In this document: positions 1-8,771 of the stretch, one piece after another | How positions within the stretch are numbered: the stretch's first letter is position 1 | Layout of the letters: the number at the start of each line of letters is the position of its first letter | NCBI GenBank assembly: GCA_964520705.1 | Contig: CAZFPS010000050.1 | Span: 1 to 13,730 of the forward strand | Length of the DNA: 13,730 bases | Reading direction: 5' to 3' | DNA from: an uncultured Planctomycetia bacterium | GTDB lineage: Bacteria; Omnitrophota; Gorgyraeia; Velamenicoccales; JABMQK01 | Notes under the pieces: model-generated | Database searches by the model: none | What the model was told of the DNA's origin: nothing | What the model saw: the letters and a program-made list of their open reading frames with translations, nothing else | Program-made: the position numbers and the translations under genes

Positions 1-320
1 TGTTCTTGTTCGTCGATCTGTTCTCTCGCCTTTTTCAAATCGTATCTTTCTGAACTTAATTCTTTGCGTAAAACCTTATTTTTATCTTCCACTTCCAACA
101 AGGACTTTTCTGTCTGTTCCAAAGAACTCTGTACGCTCTTAAGCTTCTTGTTGATCTTAGAGCTTTCCTGCTCTAATGAGGCGATTTTGGGCTTAAGAGA
201 CTTTTCTATCTCCTGATCAAGGGTATTCTTATCCCAGAACAAATCAACGGCCTTAACAAAAGAAAAAATGCCTATACCTATACATATACAGATAACAGCT
301 ATATTCCAATGTTTAGACAT
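1..320 (-). CDS. Partial membrane-anchored coiled-coil protein, function unknown; C-terminal part lies beyond the left edge
   Basis: Not in the supplied ORF track because it runs off the edge. Reading the reverse complement from ATG at 320..318 stays open for 106 codons to position 1: MSKHWNIAVICICIGIGIFSFVKAVDLFWDKNTLDQEIEKSLKPKIASLEQESSKINKKLKSVQSSLEQTEKSLLEVEDKNKVLRKELSSERYDLKKAREQIDEQE. It has one N-terminal hydrophobic helix, then K/E/Q/L-rich heptad-like sequence. Only a weak SD (GAG) is present. Confidence 0.55.
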   Translation of the reverse strand, partial: MSKHWNIAVICICIGIGIFSFVKAVDLFWDKNTLDQEIEKSLKPKIASLEQESSKINKKLKSVQSSLEQTEKSLLEVEDKNKVLRKELSSERYDLKKAREQIDEQE

Positions 321-385
321 AAAAACTCTATTTATACCATGGATTCGGTTTATGTTGACGTTTTGACCCTGATGTGTTAAGCTAC

Positions 386-413
386 ATTATATTATAAACG
401 CGCAAAATTGCAA
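386..413 (-). promoter_or_regulatory. Candidate sigma70-type promoter for the left-edge coiled-coil gene
   Basis: The minus-strand sense reads TTGCAA (413..408), a 16-nt spacer, then TATAAT (391..386). This sits about 65 nt upstream of the ATG at 320. Motif match only, in an AT-rich spacer where such matches arise easily. Confidence 0.35.
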
Positions 414-550
414 GAAATTTATATTCACCTGCCCCGCCAATTGTATCAAGAAGGTAAATTTCCCTAGAGAAGTGATCTCTCTATCCATAATTGCAGATTT
501 CCAAATCTAAAATTAATCGTAATAACTATACTATTAGGTAATTTGTAAAA

Positions 551-2083
551 ATGCTTTCTAAAGTAAATAGTTTTGGAATCATAGGTATCGATGCTTACCC
601 CGTAGAGATAGAGGTAGATATCTCTTTCGGGCTTCCGGTCACAAATATTGTCGGCTTACCTGATACAAGCGTAAAAGAAAGCAAAGAGCGTATAAAATCG
701 GCTATCAAAAATAGCGGCTTTCGATTCCCTGTCCATAGAATCACAGTGAATCTGGCACCAGCTGATATAAAAAAGGAGGGCGGAAATTTTGACTTAGCCA
801 TAGCTTTGGGGATTTTGGCTAGCTCCGGACAGATCAATAAAGACCTGCTCCAAAATTATATAATACTCGGCGAGCTTTCTTTGGAGGGAAAATTAAGGTC
901 CATCAAAGGCGCCCTACCCATAGCTATGAAGATGAAGTCCTGTAAAACAAAAAACTTACTCCTCCCTTTGAATAATGCTAAAGAGTCTGCGCTTATTAAA
1001 GGCATAAATGTCTATGGGGCTGAATCAATTAATGAAGTTATAAATTTTCTATCTAATCCGGACGCCATTAAGGAAACAAAGATAGATTTGGACAAAATTT
1101 TGGGCAAAATGCAAAGATACGAGGTAGATTTTAGCGATGTCAAGGGTCAATTATTAGTCAAGCGTGCCTTAGAGGTGGCGGCCGCGGGCGGACACAACAT
1201 CCTGATGATCGGACCTCCTGGCAGTGGAAAATCTATGTTAGCCAAAAGAATCCCCACTATCCTGCCTGACATGAGCGAAGAAGAAGTTATCGAGACTACA
1301 TCTATCCATTCATCTCAGGGTCTCGTGTCCGAGAAGACCGGATTAATCTTTGCCCGTCCGTATCGCGCGCCTCACCATACTATATCCGACGTGGCTTTAG
1401 CTGGCGGAGGCTCAATTCCCCAGCCTGGAGAAATCAGTCTTGCTCATAATGGAATCTTATTTCTAGACGAGCTTCCAGAATTCAAACGCAACGTATTAGA
1501 AGCGCTGCGGCAACCTTTGGAAGATGGTAAAGTGCGTATTGCTCGCGCAAACAAATCCTCAACATTTCCCTCACGCTTCATGTTCGTCTGCGCTATGAAC
1601 CCCTGTCCGTGTGGATATTTTACAGATCCTAAAAGAAATTGCCGTTGCAACTCTACAAAGATAGAAAGATACCTCTCAAAGATCTCAGGACCGCTACTAG
1701 ATAGAATCGATCTGCATATAGAGGTCCCTTCTCTAAAATATAAAGAGATTATCGAACCTAAGCAATGCGAATCATCAGCCGATATTAAGGAACGTGTCAA
1801 AAAGGCTCATAAAATTCAAAATCGGAGATTTGCTGATGAGAAGATATACTTTAACAGTCATATGAACCACAAACAAATAAAAAAGCACTGTGCTCTAGAG
1901 CAAGAAACGAGCGATTTGCTTAAGGCCGCAATGGACAGTATGAACTTTTCCGCGCGCGCATATGACAAGATTCTGAAGATTGCAAGAACTATTGCGGATT
2001 TAGAAAAAAGTGATACAATATTGTCTAGCCATATTTCAGAAGCCGTACAATATAGATCCCTGGACAGACAGTTATGGTTATAA
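551..2083 (+). CDS. comM: YifB/ComM family Mg-chelatase-like AAA+ ATPase
   Basis: 510 aa. Walker A is MIGPPGSGKSMLAKR and Walker B is ILFLDELPEF. The Cys cluster CAMNPCPCGYFTDPKRNCRC is present. The N-terminal MLSKVNSFGIIGIDAYPVEIEVD and C-terminal FSARAYDKILKIARTIADLE segments are typical of the family, as is the length. Confidence 0.9.
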   Translation: MLSKVNSFGIIGIDAYPVEIEVDISFGLPVTNIVGLPDTSVKESKERIKSAIKNSGFRFPVHRITVNLAPADIKKEGGNFDLAIALGILASSGQINKDLLQNYIILGELSLEGKLRSIKGALPIAMKMKSCKTKNLLLPLNNAKESALIKGINVYGAESINEVINFLSNPDAIKETKIDLDKILGKMQRYEVDFSDVKGQLLVKRALEVAAAGGHNILMIGPPGSGKSMLAKRIPTILPDMSEEEVIETTSIHSSQGLVSEKTGLIFARPYRAPHHTISDVALAGGGSIPQPGEISLAHNGILFLDELPEFKRNVLEALRQPLEDGKVRIARANKSSTFPSRFMFVCAMNPCPCGYFTDPKRNCRCNSTKIERYLSKISGPLLDRIDLHIEVPSLKYKEIIEPKQCESSADIKERVKKAHKIQNRRFADEKIYFNSHMNHKQIKKHCALEQETSDLLKAAMDSMNFSARAYDKILKIARTIADLEKSDTILSSHISEAVQYRSLDRQLWL

Positions 2084-2095
2084 TAAGGAGATAGC

Positions 2096-3241
2096 ATGTC
2101 AAAAGAACCGTTTATATCCATTATAATCCCTGTAAGAAATTTTGAACGCACACTAGATAAAACATTTGAATACCTGATGCAGGCCGAATATCCGCGCGAC
2201 CGTATGGAAATAGTCATCGCTGATGGCGGAAGTTCCGATGGCACAGTTCCTCTAATCAAAAAATATCAACAGCAATACCCTTTCATAAAACTCGTGGAAA
2301 TCCCTGACTGTCCTTCTCCCGGATATGCGCGCAATAGAGCACTAGAGGAAGTAAAAGGAGAATTTTTATTGTTTACGGATGGAGATTGCGCACCCTGTAA
2401 GAACTGGATATATGAGTTGCTCAAACATTTCCAGCGCGATGAAAAGATCGGTATTGTGGGCGGAGAGATTTACACATTAAGAGTAGAAAAGGATAATATC
2501 GTAGAAGGTTGGTGCGAACACTTCCGTTTCAACATGGTCTCACCCCGTTACGGTTTTATAAAAGAAGGCTATTTCCCTCTATTATCGGATATGTACCCCA
2601 CGCAGATTGCCGGCCACCGTGCCTACTTTTTTGTTACCGCAAATGTGGCTTATCGAAAGAAAGCCATAGACCAAGCCAATGCCAGATTCTGGATAAAACC
2701 TACTGGCGAAGATATGGATTTCTGTTACCAGGTCCAGCGCGCAGGCTGGAAGCTATACTTTGCCCCTAAAGCGAAAGTGGACCATATGCATCGTGCTAAT
2801 CTGCAACAGCTTCTTAAAGTATGGGTAACTTACGGCGCAGCTCACCCGCCGCTGCTGGATAAATACGCGAAAAACCGTATGGAGATAATTTTGCAGCTAC
2901 AAAAGGCCAGACCAAAAATAAGTTTTCCCTTTCCCATAAAGGGTTTTATTTATTTAGGCAACTTCCATCTATTTCAAATATTTGCTTTGGCTAGTTTAAT
3001 TTTAGCGATATTTGCGATCAAGAATTCGGACTCAATCCCCTTAGCGTCTGCCTTAGGAATATGCATCGTATTATTTGCTTATTTTGCCTACCAGTTTATT
3101 AAATGGTGTATACCTATGGAACCAAAGAAGAATTTTAGGCACTGGTGCAGAATGAAGTATTTAACAAATTTCTACTTCATTAAGGGCGGGTTAAAAAATA
3201 GCCTCAAATACAAAACTTTCTGTATCGAGCCAAGTTTTTAG
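2096..3241 (+). CDS. Family 2 (GT-A fold) glycosyltransferase with C-terminal membrane helices
   Basis: 381 aa. Motifs are ISIIIPVRN, DxD-type FTDGDC and GEDMDFCYQVQRAGWKLYFAP. Hydrophobic C-terminal helices follow (FHLFQIFALASLILAIFAI, LASALGICIVLFAYFAYQFI). AAGGAG SD at 2085..2090 lies 5 nt before the ATG, and the start is 12 nt after the comM stop, so it is probably co-transcribed. Confidence 0.85.
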   Translation: MSKEPFISIIIPVRNFERTLDKTFEYLMQAEYPRDRMEIVIADGGSSDGTVPLIKKYQQQYPFIKLVEIPDCPSPGYARNRALEEVKGEFLLFTDGDCAPCKNWIYELLKHFQRDEKIGIVGGEIYTLRVEKDNIVEGWCEHFRFNMVSPRYGFIKEGYFPLLSDMYPTQIAGHRAYFFVTANVAYRKKAIDQANARFWIKPTGEDMDFCYQVQRAGWKLYFAPKAKVDHMHRANLQQLLKVWVTYGAAHPPLLDKYAKNRMEIILQLQKARPKISFPFPIKGFIYLGNFHLFQIFALASLILAIFAIKNSDSIPLASALGICIVLFAYFAYQFIKWCIPMEPKKNFRHWCRMKYLTNFYFIKGGLKNSLKYKTFCIEPSF

Positions 3242-3242
3242 A

Positions 3243-3800
3243 TTAACTGCGGATTAAGGCCAAGGTCTCTGTCCTGGTCTTCTGATTCTCCTTAAAAATT
3301 CCCCTGACAGCACTGGTTATAGTCATCGTTCCCGGTTTTTTTACTCCGCGCATGGACATACATAAGTGCTCTGCCTCAAGCACAACCATAACTCCCCGAG
3401 GCTTCAACTTAGACATTACAGTTTCGGCTATCTCTGTAGTAAGACGTTCCTGAACTTGAAGGCGTTTTGACAATACGTCGACCACGCGGGCGATCTTACT
3501 CAATCCAGTAACGCGACCGCCTTTGGGTATATAGGCGACATGTGCCGTACCGATAAACGGCAAGAGATGATGTTCACAAACCGAATACAAAGGTATACCT
3601 CTTAAGAGTACAATTTCATCGTGCTTATGATCTAAAATTACCTCTAACTCTGCCTTAGCATTCTTTTTTATGCCAGCGAAAATCTCTTCATACATATCCG
3701 CAACTCTCTGCGGCGTCTCAAGCAAATCTTTCTTCTTCGGATCCTCACCAATGGCCTCAAGAATATCATATATTGCTTTTTTAATTTTATTTTTATTCAT
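3243..3800 (-). CDS. folE: GTP cyclohydrolase I (type 1)
   Basis: 185 aa. Motifs are [12 protein letters not shown] and LQVQERLT, and the length is typical. A GAGGA SD overlaps the end of mnmE, with a 7-nt gap to the mnmE stop. Confidence 0.95.
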   Translation of the reverse strand: MNKNKIKKAIYDILEAIGEDPKKKDLLETPQRVADMYEEIFAGIKKNAKAELEVILDHKHDEIVLLRGIPLYSVCEHHLLPFIGTAHVAYIPKGGRVTGLSKIARVVDVLSKRLQVQERLTTEIAETVMSKLKPRGVMVVLEAEHLCMSMRGVKKPGTMTITSAVRGIFKENQKTRTETLALIRS

Positions 3801-3807
3801 AGCATCC

Positions 3808-5181
3808 TCACTTTCCTATACAGAATTCAGAAAATATTTTATCTAGTATTGCGCCATCTACGGTCTCGCCGGTGATTCTGCCTAATGAATCCAGCGCCAG
3901 TTTTAAATCCAAGGCTATGAATTCTAAAGATAATTTATTTGTAAAACTACTCTTCGCCTTTTCTAGCAGTTCCTTTGCTTGTTTTATCTGCTCAATTTGC
4001 CTGGTGTTCGTTGTGATCAAACCTTCGCTGGATACTACTTTTCCCTTATAAACAAAACTTATAATTGCATCTTCTAATTTACCTATACCCTTTTGCGCCA
4101 GAGATGAAACGCTCACAACCTTCTTGAATGACTTTTTTATCTTTTGTTTTTCGATACGCTGCGGCAGATCGATCTTATTTAATACGGCGACCACATCTTT
4201 ACCTTTCAATTCTTTGATAAGGCCATAATCTTTCTTTGTCAATTTCTGGCCGGAATCGAATACCAACAGAATTATATCGCTAAGCGCGATAGAGTCTTTA
4301 GCCAGACGGATTGCCTGGTGCTCTATTAAATCCTTAGGCTTGACCATGCCCGCGGTATCTACTAATCTAATACCTACTCCACCTATATTTACAAATTCTT
4401 CGATTACGTCACGCGTAGTCCCGGCTATAGGAGTAACTATAGCTCTCTCTTTTCGCAAAATCGCATTGAGCAGAGATGACTTTCCCACGTTTGGCCGGCC
4501 GCAGATTGTAACCTTTATACCTTCGCGGAAGAAATTTACTTTTTTAGAATCTAAAATAATGGCATCTAACTCTTCAATAACACTATCGAGTTTTTTGGAA
4601 AGCTTTTTTGTCGACTGTGTATCTATATCTTCATCACAGAAATCAATATCTGCCTCTATCTGCGCCAGGATATCGACCAATTCTTGTCTGATATGTTTTA
4701 TTTTATTAGACAAACCTCCTGATAACTGCTCAACGCCTAATTTTAAGGCAGCATCTGTCTTTGCCCTGACAATATCTAAAACCGCTTCTGCTTTAGACAG
4801 ATCAATGCGTCCGTTTAAAAATGCCCTCTTGGTAAACTCGCCGGGTTCAGCTAATCTTATGCCGTTTCTTATTATCAACTCTAAAATATTGCGTAAAGAT
4901 ATTGCGCCGCCGTGACAACTAATCTCAACTATGTCTTCCCGAGTGTAGGTCCTGGGCGCGCGCATAACCGTAAGCAAAACCTCATCAATGATCTTCTCCC
5001 TGTCTTCTAAAATTAACCCATAGTGGACCGTGTGCGACTTGAATTTAGAAGGCAAACAACCATTCTTACCCTTAAATATCTTATCCGCAACTTTCAAGGA
5101 ATCTTTACCACTCATGCGCACAGTGCCAATGGCCCCTTCGCCAACTGGTGTCGAAATCGCGACTATTATATCTTCTGTCAT
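3808..5181 (-). CDS. mnmE: tRNA uridine-5-carboxymethylaminomethyl modification GTPase MnmE (TrmE)
   Basis: 457 aa. G1 is [10 protein letters not shown]3 is DTAG, G4 is NKID, and the hallmark C-terminal tetrapeptide CIGK is present. The N-terminal [20 protein letters not shown] is typical of the folate-binding domain. Confidence 0.95.
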   Translation of the reverse strand: MTEDIIVAISTPVGEGAIGTVRMSGKDSLKVADKIFKGKNGCLPSKFKSHTVHYGLILEDREKIIDEVLLTVMRAPRTYTREDIVEISCHGGAISLRNILELIIRNGIRLAEPGEFTKRAFLNGRIDLSKAEAVLDIVRAKTDAALKLGVEQLSGGLSNKIKHIRQELVDILAQIEADIDFCDEDIDTQSTKKLSKKLDSVIEELDAIILDSKKVNFFREGIKVTICGRPNVGKSSLLNAILRKERAIVTPIAGTTRDVIEEFVNIGGVGIRLVDTAGMVKPKDLIEHQAIRLAKDSIALSDIILLVFDSGQKLTKKDYGLIKELKGKDVVAVLNKIDLPQRIEKQKIKKSFKKVVSVSSLAQKGIGKLEDAIISFVYKGKVVSSEGLITTNTRQIEQIKQAKELLEKAKSSFTNKLSLEFIALDLKLALDSLGRITGETVDGAILDKIFSEFCIGK

Positions 5182-5321
5182 TTCTTTTTATAGCTCTTTA
5201 ATCTATCTCGCTGAATTTGCTTTCGCTCTCTAAGCAGTCTAGAAATATTCTTCTGTCTTCTGGTAATTCTTTCTCGGGGCATTATCTATACTTTTTATAA
5301 TTCATAAAATTGCAAACCTAT

Positions 5322-5606
5322 CTATTTAAATCTAATAACTATACCCTTGGCTTCGTTTAACCGTAAGATTACCGCTTCTCCACCCATTTCTGAAACTCTA
5401 ACTCTAAGTTTTTTTATAGTCTCAACTATATCATAAATAGGAGCCTCTACGCTAACCTCTCCTATCTCTATATACTGCCTTGGAGGCGCGGTATGAAACA
5501 CCTTAATGTCTTGCGGATTTGTCGCAGGATAAACCTGCTCATCAGCATATCTTACGGATTTGACGCTGGCGCATCCGCCCAGCAAAACAAAAATAACCAA
5601 TAACAA
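5322..5606 (-). CDS. Small lipoprotein, function unknown; the start may instead be at 5621
   Basis: Lipobox LLGG|C in the N-terminal LLVIFVLLGGCASV. The track start at 5606 is a TTG codon with no charged n-region and no nearby SD. The same frame is open back to a TGA at 5627..5625, and a GAGGTG SD sits 4 nt upstream of an ATT at 5621. The mature part (about 80 aa) gives no family I can name with confidence. Confidence 0.6.
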   Translation of the reverse strand: MLLVIFVLLGGCASVKSVRYADEQVYPATNPQDIKVFHTAPPRQYIEIGEVSVEAPIYDIVETIKKLRVRVSEMGGEAVILRLNEAKGIVIRFK

Positions 5607-5616
5607 AGAGGCCGTT

Positions 5617-6966
5617 TTAATTTCTCACCTCGCCACAAAGATACAAAGAACCTGTCACTAGAATTAAATCATTCTTTCCGCATAGTGATTTTGTCAGCCT
5701 TAACGCTTTTTTTAAGTTATTGGTCGTCATGATCGGCTTTGCCTTAAAGTACTTAGCTAATTCTTCAGGCTCGCTTGCGCGTGGATTAACTGATTTTGTT
5801 AAGACTATTTTCTTGGTAATCTTTTCTAACTCGCGACAGGTATCTTTAAGCTCCTTGTCTTTGGCTATGCCAAAGATTACCCAGGTTCTTCTGTTTGGAA
5901 AATTATCTTTTAATGTTCTACCTAAGGCTCTAACGGATGCGCTGTTTTGAGCGCCATCAATAATAACTGTTGGATTATTTGAGACTATCTGGAATCTCGC
6001 CGGCCAGATGCAATTCTTTAGGCCGCTTCTAACATCCTGGCCATCGACTTTAATATTATGATATCTCAAAGCCTCAATGCTGGCAATAGCTAATGAGGCA
6101 TTAGCAATTTGGTGTCTGCCCAAGAGATTTATGTGTAAATTCCTAAGATTATATGTGGCGCCCCTATAATTAAAATGACCTTTCTGGGTGAGATTAAATC
6201 TAAAATCCCTTCCCTCTTTAATCAAGGTAACGCTATTGCGTTTTGCTATATTCTCCACTGTTTCCATAACAGCTCTATTTTGCTTTGCTGTTAAAGCAAT
6301 AGCTTTTCGCTGACTTATCTTTTTGTTTTGTTTCTTTATTATCGATGCTTTTTCAAATGCGATTTCCTTTAGTTTCTTCCCTAATAGATACGTATGTTCT
6401 AAGCTTATAGGTGTAATTATGGACACCAAAGAATTACATACGTTCGTTGCGTCTAATCTACCACCTAATCCAGTCTCTAAGACCACAAAGTCGACCCTTT
6501 TATCTTGGAAATACACAAAAGCTATGGCGGTATAAACTTCAAAGAATGTCAAGGCATCATATTTTGAATTTTTATTAAACCTATCTATGCAGGGTTTTAG
6601 CCTAGAGACTAAATCGCAGATTTCTTTCTTTGAAATCATGCCTTCAAACTCTCTATCAACGCTCTTAGCTTTACTATGCTTATCCAATATCCTAATCCGC
6701 TCTCTAAAATCATTTAGGTGAGGTGAAGTATACAACCCCACCTTAAAACCTGCCTGTTTTAGAATATTCGCCATAAATACGCAGACCGAACCCTTGCCTT
6801 TTGATCCGGCTACATGAATGACTTTTAAATTAACTTGAGGATTACCAATAGTCTTGAGGAAATTCTTAAAGCGCTCTAAATTAAATGAATTTTCGTAGGA
6901 GTATCTACAGAGGTTTTCGTAGTTAACAAAAGAATACAGATAATCTTTGACTTGGGGATAAGTCAT
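5617..6966 (-). CDS. folC: Bifunctional folylpolyglutamate synthase / dihydrofolate synthase
   Basis: 449 aa. Mur-ligase-type P-loop HVAGSKGKGS, plus TSPHL, LETGLGGRLDATN and IIDGAQN. The N-terminal MTYPQVKDYLYSF is typical. No clear SD. Confidence 0.9.
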   Translation of the reverse strand: MTYPQVKDYLYSFVNYENLCRYSYENSFNLERFKNFLKTIGNPQVNLKVIHVAGSKGKGSVCVFMANILKQAGFKVGLYTSPHLNDFRERIRILDKHSKAKSVDREFEGMISKKEICDLVSRLKPCIDRFNKNSKYDALTFFEVYTAIAFVYFQDKRVDFVVLETGLGGRLDATNVCNSLVSIITPISLEHTYLLGKKLKEIAFEKASIIKKQNKKISQRKAIALTAKQNRAVMETVENIAKRNSVTLIKEGRDFRFNLTQKGHFNYRGATYNLRNLHINLLGRHQIANASLAIASIEALRYHNIKVDGQDVRSGLKNCIWPARFQIVSNNPTVIIDGAQNSASVRALGRTLKDNFPNRRTWVIFGIAKDKELKDTCRELEKITKKIVLTKSVNPRASEPEELAKYFKAKPIMTTNNLKKALRLTKSLCGKNDLILVTGSLYLCGEVRN

Positions 6967-7005
6967 TGGCGAGACTGATTTATCAAATAAGATAAGCGAA
7001 TAATC

Positions 7006-8568
7006 TCAATGTTTAAAATGGCGGCAGCCTGTAAATACCATAGCTAGTCCGTGCTTATCCGCTTCTTTAATGACCTTTTCATCGGCGATTGAGCCACCGG
7101 GCTGGATGATAGCCTTAATCTTTGCTTTTGCGGCTAGCTTTACACTGTCTTCTTTAGGAAAAAACGCATCTGAAGCCAATATGCTTCCTTGGGTTAATTT
7201 TCCTGCCCTCTTTACACAGAGCATAACGCTATCAACTCTGTTGACCTGACCCATGCCTACGCCTACGGTCGCAAGATTTTTAACAAAGCAAATAGCATTG
7301 GACTTTACGTGCTTTACAACCTTCCAGCCAAACAATAAATCCTGCCACTCTTTCTGGGTAGGCTTTCTCTTTGTAACAACCCTTAATTTGTTTCTGTCCA
7401 AATCGAACAAATCCTTTTCCTGTATTACCACTCCGCCGTCAATGCTCTTTATATCAACTCCAGAGTCAGGTTTTTTTACTTTTAATTTTATTATCCTGAA
7501 ATTCTTCTTCTGCATTAGCAATTTTAGAGCGTCTTTATCATAATCAGGAGCAGCGACACACTCTAGAAAGCCGCTGGAATTTATCTTTTTAGCGGTAGGC
7601 AAATCGACTTTTCTATTTATTCCCACAATACCGCCGAATGCTGAAAGCTTATCTGCGGACCAAGCCCGAACATATGCGGTCTTTATATCTTTAGCAACTG
7701 CCACGCCTGTAGGGTTTAAATGTTTTATTACTACTGCGGCCGGTTCCTGGAATTCACGTACAATATCCCAGGCAGCATTCAAATCAAGAAAGTTATTAAA
7801 GGATAATTCCTTGCCGCTGATCTTTTGCGCCGTAGCCAAAGAATCAGATTTCATATCAGGATCTTGATAGAGAGCAGCTTTTTGATGCGGATTTTCTCCG
7901 TAACGTAAATCCTGAATTTTATTAAACTTTAAATTTATAGCTTTGGGGAATGTCTCCTTTTGTGGCTTTTGACCATTCAACTGTTCTGATAGATACCCAT
8001 AGATCATAGAATCATAGTAAGAAGTAAGCTCAAAGACCTTTAACCCTAACATGGTCAAAGTTTCATCACTTACCGCTCCATTATTCTTCTTTAAGTCTTC
8101 AATAATTCTAGGATAAAATTTAGTATCGGATACAACCGCAACCGAACGATAGTTCTTAGCAGCCGAACGAAGCATGGATGGACCGCCGATATCGATATTC
8201 TCTATGGCTTCTTCTAAGGTCACGCCCTGTTTCTTTATAGTCGCTTCAAAAGGATAGAGATTAACCACAACCATGTCTATGGGAACTATGTCGTGTTCTT
8301 TTATCTGGGCCAGATGTTCTGGGTTATCTCTTAAAGCTAGAAGCCCTCCGTGAATCTTGGGATGCAGAGTTTTTACCCTTCCGTCGAGCATCTCGGGGAA
8401 TTTTGTATGCTGTGAAATCTCTTTGACATCCAGACCAGCATTCTTTAAAAGCTTTGCTGTGCCACCAGTTGAAATAATCTCCACGCCGAATTTAGATAGA
8501 GCCTGCGCTAATTCCACAACTCCGTTTTTATCCGATACGCTGATTAATGCCCGTTTGATTTTTACCAT
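7006..8568 (-). CDS. purH: Bifunctional AICAR formyltransferase / IMP cyclohydrolase; start re-called to 8568
   Basis: Motifs are KRALISVSDK, STGGTAK and KTLHPKIHGG, with a C-terminal RHFKH. Homologues begin a few residues before KRALISVSDK. The ATG at 8568 is preceded by sense GAGGAGGAGTGAG, with 5 nt between the GGAGGA core and the ATG. The track start at 8592 adds MRSLRRSE, whose codons are themselves the SD and part of a leader helix. The re-called product is 520 aa. Confidence 0.93.
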   Translation of the reverse strand: MVKIKRALISVSDKNGVVELAQALSKFGVEIISTGGTAKLLKNAGLDVKEISQHTKFPEMLDGRVKTLHPKIHGGLLALRDNPEHLAQIKEHDIVPIDMVVVNLYPFEATIKKQGVTLEEAIENIDIGGPSMLRSAAKNYRSVAVVSDTKFYPRIIEDLKKNNGAVSDETLTMLGLKVFELTSYYDSMIYGYLSEQLNGQKPQKETFPKAINLKFNKIQDLRYGENPHQKAALYQDPDMKSDSLATAQKISGKELSFNNFLDLNAAWDIVREFQEPAAVVIKHLNPTGVAVAKDIKTAYVRAWSADKLSAFGGIVGINRKVDLPTAKKINSSGFLECVAAPDYDKDALKLLMQKKNFRIIKLKVKKPDSGVDIKSIDGGVVIQEKDLFDLDRNKLRVVTKRKPTQKEWQDLLFGWKVVKHVKSNAICFVKNLATVGVGMGQVNRVDSVMLCVKRAGKLTQGSILASDAFFPKEDSVKLAAKAKIKAIIQPGGSIADEKVIKEADKHGLAMVFTGCRHFKH

Positions 8569-8580
8569 CTCACTCCTCCT

Positions 8581-8650
8581 CAATGAACGCATAACTTACG
8601 GAACCAGTTATTGACCTCTCTTAGGTGACGTAAGTTATATGCGTGAATTG
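8581..8650 (-). promoter_or_regulatory. Long imperfect hairpin in the purH leader, abutting the purH SD
   Basis: Arms 8581..8600 and 8629..8650 form 18 Watson-Crick pairs (10+4+4), with a 2-nt bulge (8639..8640) and a 2x2 internal loop. The 28-nt apical region contains a mini-hairpin ACCT/AGGT. In sense orientation the helix reads CAATTCACGCATATAACTTACG...CGTAAGTTATGCGTTCATTG and is followed directly by AGGAGGAGTGAG-ATG. The function is not established. Confidence 0.4.
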
Positions 8651-8739
8651 ACCCCTCACCTTTTACTTATTCAAAAACTTAAAAAATATTTTCTAAAGAC
8701 CAATTGAATACTAAAAAGGTGCGGGGCAAGTTCGGATTT

Positions 8740-8771
8740 GCAACTTATGTTCGTTTCATTCCATAAGTTGC
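8740..8771 (-). repeat. Perfect 10-bp inverted repeat 9 nt downstream of the YchF-like stop
   Basis: GCAACTTATG (8740..8749) pairs with CATAAGTTGC (8762..8771) around a 12-nt loop. No T-tract follows on the minus strand, so it is not a canonical intrinsic terminator. The arm shares the core AACTTAYG with the arms of the 8581..8650 hairpin. Confidence 0.45.

Noticed and set aside
363-391. A plus-strand promoter-like TTGACC-N17-ATTATA for comM.
   Set aside because: The -10 element is poor and lies about 160 nt from the comM ATG. The same AT-rich bases give a better match on the minus strand. It is too weak to report as a feature.
482-490. A DnaA-box-like TATCCATAA near mnmE-type, origin-proximal genes.
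   Set aside because: It is a single copy with two mismatches to TTATCCACA. There is no cluster of boxes and no adjacent AT-rich 13-mer array, so there is no evidence for an origin.
1858-2259. A 133-aa minus-strand ORF spanning the comM/GT2 junction.
   Set aside because: It is antisense to the ends of two well-supported genes and crosses their SD-containing junction. It has no motifs and no SD.
4340-4915. A 191-aa plus-strand ORF, together with the other track ORFs antisense to called genes: 595..837, 1444..1800, 2509..2769 (same strand, off-frame within GT2), 5030..5233, 5720..5950, 6323..6535, 7253..7543, 8357..8614, 8876..9079, 10568..10819, 10976..11194 and 13033..13362.
   Set aside because: Each lies within and opposite to (or off-frame within) a gene with strong family motifs. 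The translations are low-complexity S/I/F/L-rich shadows with no recognisable motifs and no convincing SD. These are typical antisense open frames of AT-rich coding DNA.
5182-5321. A promoter, small RNA or operator in the 140-nt spacer upstream of mnmE, including the AGAA-ATA-TTCT mini-palindrome at 5241..5251 and TTGCAA at 5317..5312 (minus sense).
   Set aside because: No -10 element lies at acceptable spacing from the TTGCAA, the palindrome arms are only 4 bp, and no stable hairpin or ORF is present. The evidence is insufficient.
8730-8738. A tRNA T-loop-like GTTCGGATT string.
   Set aside because: The flanks cannot form a T-stem, acceptor stem or anticodon arm, and no cloverleaf is possible on either strand.
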